From positions 655,029 to 719,028 of the forward strand of contig JAQGDQ010000071.1 in NCBI GenBank assembly GCA_030141605.1: a stretch of DNA of 64,000 bases, in the 5' to 3' direction. This document shows, one piece after another, positions 54,201-64,000 of the stretch (position 1 is the first letter of the stretch; each line of letters begins with the position of its first letter). This DNA comes from Tubiluchus corallicola (lineage: Eukaryota; Animalia; Priapulida). The position numbers were made by a program, and so were the translations under genes. Below the pieces are notes generated by a model. That model was not told the DNA's origin. It saw only the letters and a list, made by a program, of their open reading frames with translations, and made no database searches.

Positions 54201-54263
54201 GACAAAAGAGTCGAGATTGGAGGCAAGTCTGTAGTCATTATAGAAGGAAAGATCCATTTGTAG
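45215..54263 (+). CDS. PBLD: PhzF/PBLD-family protein, copy 2, 296 aa
   Basis: Exons 45215-45325, 46127-46325, 47659-47801, 49042-49130, 51273-51445, 52625-52687, 54151-54263. Retains EMNLSET, LCGHATLA and EDPVCGSAH. Confidence 0.94.
49783..50482. repeat. 15-16-bp minisatellite (GCCAGTCTACTTTTTC-type), ~40+ units
   Basis: Tandem GCCAGTC(T/C)(A/T)CTTTTT(T/C) variants; source of the Phe-rich and Lys-rich spurious ORFs. Confidence 0.95.
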
Positions 54264-57200
54264 TCTAAATCATGGAATCGTACTTAATCTGATTGCTTTA
54301 TCACAGTGTTGCCATTCTGGTTGATAAAGATTATTGTTTTGGAGGCTAAAAATTATAGTATTTTCCACCATATTATCGCATTTTCATGCAAAATTCAAAA
54401 TTACTGTGTATTTGCAGCAAATTATTATTATCATTGTATAATTATGCATTTAATAAGTAACCATAACACCAAAAAGTACCATTAGCAAGTGTAAAATTAA
54501 GTTTATCAAAACACAATAGAATGTTGCTAATTCCTGCATGTGCAGAACGAAGCCTGATCGTTGTCATCATGGCCATTTGACAACTATGAATGGCCCCTTT
54601 AAACTGATTAACTGTAACTGCTTCCCTTTGAGGTAAACCATTCCACAGATCCTATGACTGATAAAAAATTTCGTAATATAAAATTTATTCTTTAATTTTT
54701 ACCGTTTGTTAAACTACTCTCTTTTGAAATTACTGCTGTTTTCTGAAAACTGTTACCACTAATTTGCAACCAGCATGGTTTGAACTACAACAAAATCAAA
54801 ATTTATTTACATTTCCACGGTAAGCAGTAATGTATTTTCATATCTAAATTATCCTGTAATTATCTGTTATCATACAGTCTGTTTTTTTGTATGGTATGAA
54901 GCATCAAATTATCGTATATTCGAATAAATTTCATATAAAAAGCAACCCTGTTTATCATTTTCATGTCAGGTAAGTGCTAGAAAATAGAACGAAGGTAGAC
55001 TGTAGCAGTGTGTAGTTAATATAAAAAAGAGTTCCTTTAAGGGAAAATAGAATGGTGTATAATGTTCTCTTATGATCAGTGATTATTTTATCATTTTTAT
55101 GTTTTTATTTAGAAATGCTCCTTTTAAGGGAAAATTAAAATAAGCTTTTAGCATGTAATGGACTGAGTGGAATTCTGAAATAGTGTTGTTCCCTATAATA
55201 ATTTTACAATTTTAGTCAAAGGATTATGTGCAGTTTTAATAGAAATATTATTTTATGTTCTATGCACTAAGTGGGATGGACGTTTTTGTTGTTGTTGATA
55301 TACACTATCTTTTCTCTATATACCAGCTAGAACTACACCACTATTGTTATGCATTTGGGAAGTTTTACTTATGGACCAAAGTTGACCTTGCCTTTTTTGC
55401 CCATTTCTGAAGTTAATTATTGTAGGTTTTATATTTTAGAATTTAAATGTGCCACATTGTTCCTTTATTAGGGTAGAGGATTGAGTAATATTTTATCAAT
55501 TGTGCCAAATAAATTATCTTGTTCTCGCTTAAAGCGGCTTAGGACTATAATAATGGTGGTTATATGCGCCATGCAGTTTCTATATTTGAATGAAAATACA
55601 GCATTATTTTGTTAATTGTGCCAAATGAGTTAATACGTTTCTGCTTAAAGTGGATTATCAAGTTACTGCTGTGTTATTTGATTACAGTAATTTTTGTGGC
55701 TTTATAAATCGTGGACCAAGTCCACATTAAGATGAAATTATATTTTTTGTAAACAGGATGAAACAGGATAGGAAATAAGTTAACAGGTTTCTGCTTAAAG
55801 CAGATTACCAAGTTACAGATGCACTAAGCTATACTTTTTGATTACAGTCATATTTATAGCTGTATAAATCGTGGATTGAATAATTAAAATGAAATTATTT
55901 TCGTTTCTTTAATGAGATTATTCTTGTTTATTTAAACTTTAACTATGTTTCTGTGTTACAATAAATGAACTCAAAGCAGAAAATGCAGTTCCTTATATGT
56001 TTAAATTCCTGGCAAGAATAAGGGGGCATTTTATAGTACAATTCTAATGTTGTATATGTTAGATATCATGAAGCAATATCAATTTATCAGAATAGCTCAT
56101 TGCCACACACTTAAGATTTCTGGAAGTCAGTGATCAAAAGTTATATTACTGCATATTTTATTTAATAAAAACTTTAATTTGCAAACAATATGCAGCCAGT
56201 AATATGCTAGAATCTTGCTTGTTTCTCTTGTCACATCAAACTCGCATGTACACAATCTCTAAGAACACTTAAATTGTTGCATGAGGTCTGTCTCAACAGT
56301 AAGAACAGCTACATGTGGGAGTTTTCTATATAATAGCTTACAATAACTGTACGATAAAATGATTTACTATTACCAGTTGACAGAGTACCACAATGTATAG
56401 AAATGAACAAGTGAACTCATAAGATATCATACTAAGTGCAGGTGATGCTACTCATTGTATAATAAATAAAAATTGGAAAAAGTCAAAAAGTTGATAAATC
56501 TTGTTGCTGTCTCATTTGATGTGACTTATCAAATGCACTTTCACTGTTTCCTTCATGCACTTTACTTAATCACAGCCTCTTTTTGTTGTTAGCTGATGTT
56601 ATTTTTCCGTAATTTGTTGTGATTTTTGTTATACAGTCATGCAATTTGTTTTGTTTTTTTACAGAAGAAGTGGTAGTTTGTTAACATTCTACTTTATTTA
56701 ATCTCATTTTAGGTGTCTGTTTATGTGCATAATACATATTTATGGTAAAGTTTTTTCGTATTAGGCTGCTTATTGACAAATAAGAGAAATGCTCACCTAC
56801 TATGCAAGCAATTATTTAAGTCTTGCTAAAATTAATAAATGAACAATCACAGCAATTTATCGTTAAAAAAATTAACATTGTTAATACTTTTGTGGTGTGT
56901 GGTGTCTGATATGAGAGTCGTCGTAAATACGCTGTCAACGCGTTGCCAAACGATCGGTTTTCCTGTTGAAGATATCCCGTTGTGGGATGTGTGAAAAAGT
57001 GGGATGCATCGTGAGGGATATTTTAAATTTGAGTGATATAAACAAAATTGGTAGGTTTGCAATACAGATAAGGCTGAACCTCTTACAGTCAGTTATGATA
57101 CCAGTGATTTATAATACAGAAACATGGAGTGAAGTAACAAAAGTAGAAATGGGTAGGATGGAAGAAATTCAGAAGGATATGTTACAAAAACTAGTATTAT

Positions 57201-59601
57201 CACAGAAGGTGTCAACTAGTTATAGGGGTATGCTAATAGAACATTGTACATAAGTATATGCTGTAGGTATACAGTTTGTACATATAAAGACTCTTAAAAA
57301 GTCAGCCTGGAAGAAACGTGTAAAAGAAAACGTAAAAAAATTATTAAAATTACTGCACATCACCAGATATACTCAAGAACTAAGTTAAGGTTCTTATCTT
57401 ATGAGCTGAGCATGATAAACCCAAGCAGTATATAACTGAGTTAACACTAGAACAGACAAAAAGGGTTTTAGAGATAAAGCTTAATATGCTACCACTAAAA
57501 TGTAATTATAGAAGTAAGTTTAAAGGAGATATATGGTGTCCGCTATGTGGTAAAGACAGAGGATCTATTCAGACGGTTATAAGAAATGTGCTACCAACTA
57601 CAGAAGTAAATTTCCAAAGTCTGATTGAGTCAGAAGATGCACAAATAGCAAAGCAGTAGGTGGAATTTGTTCAAATAGCAATGGAAACAAGAAAAAGAAG
57701 AGGTGTCGTGCTGGGAATTTAGCCAAAATAGTAACAGTCATAAATGGTTGATTAACATCAATGCTGATTACGTTACTTGTGTCTTGCGCGATAATATTCC
57801 TTTGTGCCTATCTAACCAGATAGAGTTAACACCGAGGAAACAACGAAACAACATGTGCTTACTGGAGAACCGCAACTGCAGCGACATGACATAGAGGAAG
57901 TTGAGGAACTGCAAGATGTAAAATGTACAACACTCATCGTATAGAAAAATATAATCTTAAAGTGAACAATACAAAGACCAAAGAATACGTTATACCCACT
58001 GCTAATTTAAACATCAACAATTCTTCCTAAATATCTTTTAATGACACAGATAAAGTCAAGGAATACATTATTTAAAAATGTGTATAGTTACCAGTCTCAT
58101 GAAGAAGTGAAACAGCTTTATACAAATTGGGCAAATTTTCCAGGATTTCAAACATGTGGTGTAGATGAAATTGATAAAATGCATCTGAATTGCATATTAA
58201 AAGAATTTTGTAATAAACTTAAATCAATGTACAGAAAACTATTTTTTACAAAGCTACATAATGATCCTAGACACAGTGATGGCAAAAACAAACTAAGATT
58301 TTATAGATATGTAAAAATCAGTAATGAATTAGAAGATTATTTCAAAATTATTTCTAATGAGAAACAGCGACAAATGATTACGAAATTACGTAACAGCGAA
58401 TATGACCTGGAAATAGAATGATTTAGATATCAAAATAAAAAAGGGCGTGAAAGGCTTTGTCAATACTGTCACAACAATAGCTCAAAATTAGTAGAAAACA
58501 AATTATATTACCTTTTTACTTGTCTTTTGTATAAAGATATTAGACAAAAATATGAGCATAAATATATCTTTGCAAAAAGGTAACATATACTCAGTAATGT
58601 GGTTTTTTTCTAATTGCAAACCCAGAAGACCTTATTCACTTTGGAAACTGCTTAAATGAATGTGATAAAAAAGGCAGTTATATCTTGGTGGTAATCTGTG
58701 AGTGCTGGATAAACCTTGTGCTGTGATTGTGTAATTTAATCTCGTTTGTGATTATATTAATTATTTAGGTTTTGTGTTTTTACTACTACTTTGTAGTTGT
58801 AGCATAAAGTTTTATTTCATAAGAGCACATAATTTCTTATTAGATTTAAGTAAGTTGTACAAACTCGTGGTTTTGCAATGTTGCATAATTGCATCTGTAT
58901 TTGTTGTTTTTCGTGTTTCTTGTACTTTGACTTTTTTGCAATTGTAATTTTTTGCCATGATACGCTATTGTATTTGTGCAATAGAACAAAATTGAAATTG
59001 AAGATGCGGTAATGATTCGTGGAAAAGATGTAAATAACTTGGTAACTTGTAAGACACCGATGCCCACATACAAAGAAGGAAAATTCTTAAATTGTCTGCT
59101 TATTCACATATCTCAATGATTTTTGATAACAATAGACTTTCTCTTGAAACCAGAGTCCGGATTCTTTCAACTTTAGTTGAATCTGTGTTTTTGTACACTG
59201 CTGAGCTATGGACAATAAAAGTTAAGCAACAGAAGGACAGTTGATGCTTTTCGAAGACGTCTCTATAGGAAATTACTCGCAATTAAATCGCCTGATAGAA
59301 TATCCAATGATGATCTGTATAATGCAGTCAAGAAGATTCCTGGTAGTAGACAAATACAAGTAAGAAAATTGCTTTGGATTGGGCACACACTAACAGTAAG
59401 ATTACCTCCTCTTCCTATGGTATTGCATAAAGCTCTTGAAACGACAAAAAACCAAGAGGCTGTCAACTAGGCTGACGTATTTAGGTTTTTGGTACAGATT
59501 TATGATCTAACATGTACATTAGGCAATTTGATACAGACATCATACTATATTCAAAATTTGTAGCTGCATATTTGCCATTAGTTTCTACTCAACAGACCAA
59601 G

Positions 59602-62600
59602 ATGACAAGTTTAAATAAGGGATGCACTTTGCCTTTATATGTGGTGGATGCTTTCACAAGCCAGGCATTTGCTGGAAATGCTGCTGCTGTATGTCTAGTG
59701 TCACACAATCAGGTAAATTAATGATGATCTGTCATTAACAAACTTTTCGTCTTAATTTGTTTTCAGCTATTTTTATTGCACTGTTCTTCACTGCAAATAA
59801 CTTGTGGTCCTGTAGCACAAACTCAGTCAATGTATGTGTCTTAATCGCACTCTTATTTATGTAAAGATATGAGTTTTTAACTACTAACTGATAATGTTTT
59901 TGTTATTTATTTATGTGATTAACTCAATGAATTAACTGTGTTACAATAAATAAATCATTATATTATAATATTTAAATCGCAGGCTTGCATAATAAAAATC
60001 ACTGGTTTATTTTTAGAAATATTGAAACAAATTTAACAAGTTAGTTGAAAACAAAAGTGTCCATTTAGTCACAGCTGAAATCAATTTGTAATCAATTAAA
60101 CTTATAACATCAGTCATAATAATGTCAGGATAATGGTGACTGTGCCTTTAAGTTATGTTTGTATTTGGATCTATTATAATAGTAGGTGTTTTTCATGAAG
60201 ATTTAGTATAATTTTAAGTGACAATTACAATGAGTATCAATGCAGAAAATGCATTTTGTTGTTGTTGTTGTTGTTGTTTCCGTTTCTACGGAGGCTTTGT
60301 AGTTTCTTTCTGCAATTCGAATAGATATTCTGAGTATTATTTGAACTGTACAAAACAGGAGATATGTTATATGTTCAAAATCTATTCCAAACAGTCCGAA
60401 GGCTGTGTTGTTTTTATTAGTTGAATTGTGGTGTAATCTGCATTTCTTGGGTTATATTATTAAATGGCTGTAGACATTGTGATGTATATAGTCATTCGGT
60501 TATTCTATTTTAGGTAATCGACGATGCAAAAATGCAAAAAATTGCTTTCGAAATGAACTTGTCGGAAACCTGTTTCATTGCACTGCCAACAGAAAACGAT
60601 TCGTTCAAGAATTCTTCCCGGTTTGGCCTGCGATGGTTTACCCCTGCCTGTGAAATCCAACTGTGTGGTCATGCCACTCTTGCTGCTGCCACGGTGCTTT
60701 TCTCTTGTGTTGGTAAGTTTGCTAAGCAGGACAGAAATGTAAATCTAGAAGCTGAACCTGAGTCAGTGCTACTACATCAGCTGACACTCACAGTAAATCA
60801 GCCAGCTGGAGTTCACCATTAAGAATGACAGATTTTGATTCTTATGTCCTGCAGCAACAATTTAGCGTTAGTTTGAATAGTTTTATTTGTGAACTGGCTT
60901 AAGTGATTCGACAGCACACCCCTTTATATGCCATATATCTCTCTATATCTCTCATATTTTATGTACTCACAATGTTAAAAAAAATCTCCTGGCTTATAAT
61001 CTGGCAACTCTAGCAATGGATTTATTGCAAATATAATTTAAATCCAACCCTTGGCAAGGCTTATCTGGATTACCAACAAATCAATACTAAAATACCAAAA
61101 TGATCCAATACGTGTGGCTAATGTTGCCTATTTGTGCATTTTATTTAATTTTGAATTGACTGCTTTCTCATTCAAATATTTCTGAAGTTTAGTATCTCTG
61201 CCAGCACACGTACAATATGACCGCATTGCGACCAGTGATTTCATCATCATCATAAGCCCGTTATGTCAATTGTAGACATTGGGCAGGCAGAACTCTAAAA
61301 TAAAAGAAATCTGCCCTCAAAACAGGTAAACACAGCAGTAATCTAGCAAAAAAACTGGACACTGCTATGCCAGTGACTTGTTCGCAAGAGCAAAAATCTT
61401 CACAGCTGGCAAAAATGTCAGCTACCTCGACTTCCGTCACCGAGCGGCTGGCACGACTAAAGCTGGGTTTCTTATCTGCTAGGTCGCCTGTAGAAATAAA
61501 CCGACTGGAGCTGAGCTGAAGCGGTATGGCTCTGGCTTCTATGTCGATCCCTTAAGTATTTTTCACGTTGTCTTGAAAATCAGGGAGTTTTTATTTGCCA
61601 ACCTAATACCAAACGAATTCACTGTGAATTTATTTGTGTGCTAATGCGTTTACTTCAAATAAGCTTCCATGCAGTTTTGCTTTTTTTCTTCTATTGTTTT
61701 TTTAGATTGTGTGCCTTTTTTGCATTTTAGGACTTAAAGCATTCCGCTGTTTTCAGTTCTCATCATATTTGGCATTTTCTTAGGAGACTGTCAGCTTTCC
61801 CTTCTTTTCATCTGCACTTTAAAAAATTGGAAAAGGAAAATAGTGCCTGTTAACCATATTCTAAACCATATTCTATTCCAATAATGAAATTACAATTAGG
61901 CATTGCAATATTTGATTGTATTGCTAATCCACTAATGCTACGATTAGGCTCTAAATATTTGTGAAATTGATAATCATTATGATAGGGGGGTCTGAAATTA
62001 AAAGGCAGCTAGTGAATATATCTACAGCTATGTAAATTATTACAGGTAACGAATTTACAGAGATTACATTTGATACGCTAAGTGGACCACTTGTTGCCAG
62101 AAAAAAAGAGGACAATTTTATTCTGCTAGATTTTCCTGCTAATCCAACTATTAGTGTTAACAAGGAAAATGTTAAAGATCTTTTAAAGGTACCTACTGTT
62201 TTGAATGACCTGTAAAACAAGTTTGCCTGGGTTTTTGTTGTAAGTAATTTTATCATTGAAGCTTTTAGCAGGTAGGTGGTTGACAGTTTGGAAGACATTC
62301 TGACGCCTTGGTATATTTATGTATTTTAGGAAATTTCCGGCGTTACTTGTTTTAACTGTGTGTGCTGGCCATGTTTTTCAAATGTATCATATGGGCTGTT
62401 TTTTTTTGGCCAATAGCTAAATTGCATCTTTGCACAGACTTTTTTGAAGGCATATTACTTAGTATTATCTTACTTGTATTACTTAGTATTACGCTTTCTT
62501 GCCTGCAATACTCATGTAAATAGAAAAGACACATTTTCTAGCTTTATGTAAGTAAAGGGCTTTCTTGCCTTTTATGACAATTTTTTGGTGTTTTAATTAA

Positions 62601-63519
62601 TCCTATTCAGTTTTCGAATTTGCCTGAAGAGGGGAGACAGCATGAGAGGAACATGGAAACTATTCAAAGGTGGGACGGGGGTGGGGGGGGGTGGGGGGTT
62701 ACAGTAATGGTGGCAGTGAAGCACTTGCTGTTACTTTAATGTTTCTTTTTACTGGCTGTTACACACACGTGCATGCACGCACGCGCACACACACACCCAC
62801 ACACACGCACTGTTACATAATATAGTAAAATATATCATATCACTCTTTTCGGTGATTCTAGATTGCATAGCACTCCTACAATAGGACTAGTTGAAGTTTA
62901 GCAAACAACTATCACAATTACTAACCTGACATTCTGTGCATTAAATTTAGAAATCCACAGATTAAAGATACGAGACAATGCCGCTATGATAAAACTAAGG
63001 GTGCATTCAGACTAGCGAGTTTTCTGTTGGGAGTTTTTCTCTAACACCAAACTTGCAAGTGTGAACTGCTTTGCGAGTTACTATCGACAAGTCATTGCAC
63101 ACTTTCAGACAGTTGCTACGAAATGATTTCCTGTTTAGTGTGAACAGTCTCAGCGAGTTACTCTTGACACGGCTCCCAGTGAATAGAGGAGGAGTATCAG
63201 CTGGTGCTTACTTCATGTTGGAGAATTTTGTTCTTTAGTCTGAACGTGCTTGCGAGTTACTTGGCGAGAAAATTTGTTAGTATGAATGCTTCATTACTCT
63301 CAAAAGCAGTGCGACAAAATATCAACATTCTTGCAACAGTCAAGTCATCTAAATTCTTCTTTGTAAAAAGTATTTTGGTCCGAACTTTAATACACTGTAG
63401 AATCTTATGTGAATGTTTTTTATAATACAGGTACTTGTTGGAGATTTACCTATTGTTGATGTGGAGTATGCTCCTGTTATACAACAAATGATTGTGTGTC
63501 TTCAAGATTCTGTGTCCAG
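59602..63519 (+). CDS. PBLD: PhzF/PBLD-family protein, copy 3 (first four coding exons; continues beyond the window)
   Basis: Exons 59602-59712, 60514-60712, 62046-62188, 63431-63519; apparently identical to copy 2. Confidence 0.92.
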
Positions 63520-64000
63520 GTGTGCATGTTGATAATTTTTTATTTGGTTTGTCGTGTGTCATTCGTTTTGCACTTTTCATTAGCTTTCATGTTATTATAC
63601 ATACTATAAAATTGCTGCAAATTGTACAAATCTGCAATTAATCTCTATTTCTATGAAGTGTGTTTGTGTATGTTTGTTTATTTGTTTGCTATAAAGTCCT
63701 GTTTTACTTATTTAACTTCAAATTTGGTCTATTAAGTTGCTAATACATCACACTCCCCATTGAATTATGGGATATGTACAGTTATGTGTAGAAATCAATT
63801 AACAAAAGCTGAAGACAGTCTACTTTTTAACTTTTGGCAGGAGCTCTACTTACATGAAAAAGAATTTAAAATACACTATGTTTCAGTCCATTGTTGGGTT
63901 CAAATTCTGATTGGATGAAAATTTTTCATTGTCTCATTCTTCATTCATTAGTCATTGATGTTATTATTGTTGTAAGTATAAGGCTTCATGTGTGTGTGTG

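Larger units (their letters stand above)
22952..64000 (+). repeat. Tandem segmental duplication: three units starting ~22952, ~41493 and ~55918, each with one PBLD-like gene
   Basis: TTATTCTTGTTTATTTAAACTTTAACTAT opens each unit. Exons, introns and old TE fragments are collinear. The unit 2-3 offset is 14387 in the ORF track. Confidence 0.95.

Noticed and set aside
29422-63519. Horizontal transfer of a bacterial phenazine (phzF) gene
   Set aside because: PBLD is a normal metazoan gene; these copies have multiple spliceosomal introns and no other phz genes are nearby.

Overview
AT-rich animal (invertebrate, probably bilaterian) genomic DNA with spliceosomal genes; the species cannot be determined from the window. 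5744-19569 (+) is the 3' half of a calcineurin A catalytic subunit gene (PPP3C/CanA) whose first four exons here (140/78/95/126 nt) and the 98-nt post-CaM exon match vertebrate PPP3CA exon sizes as I recall them. Its regulatory region looks unusually modular: two duplicated, frame-incompatible exons for the calmodulin-binding helix, candidate 3-, 9-, 15- and 20-nt microexons, a 96-nt exon readable in two frames, and a candidate alternative last exon ending in an LxVP docking motif (DILEVP*). From ~22950 to the end is a tandem array of three segmental units, each carrying a 7-coding-exon PhzF/PBLD-family gene (copies 1 and 2 intact, 296 aa; copy 3 runs off the window). Copies 1 and 2 have a Cys/Cys dyad, and copy 1 has amino-acid changes concentrated in active-site motifs, including loss of the conserved Glu. 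Interspersed are nested LINE fragments (RTE, CR1 and others), a solo LTR with a 5-bp TSD, a truncated THAP/P-element transposon, several MITEs, a tRNA-derived SINE and micro/minisatellites. All alternative-splicing calls rest on splice signals and reading frame only and need RNA evidence.
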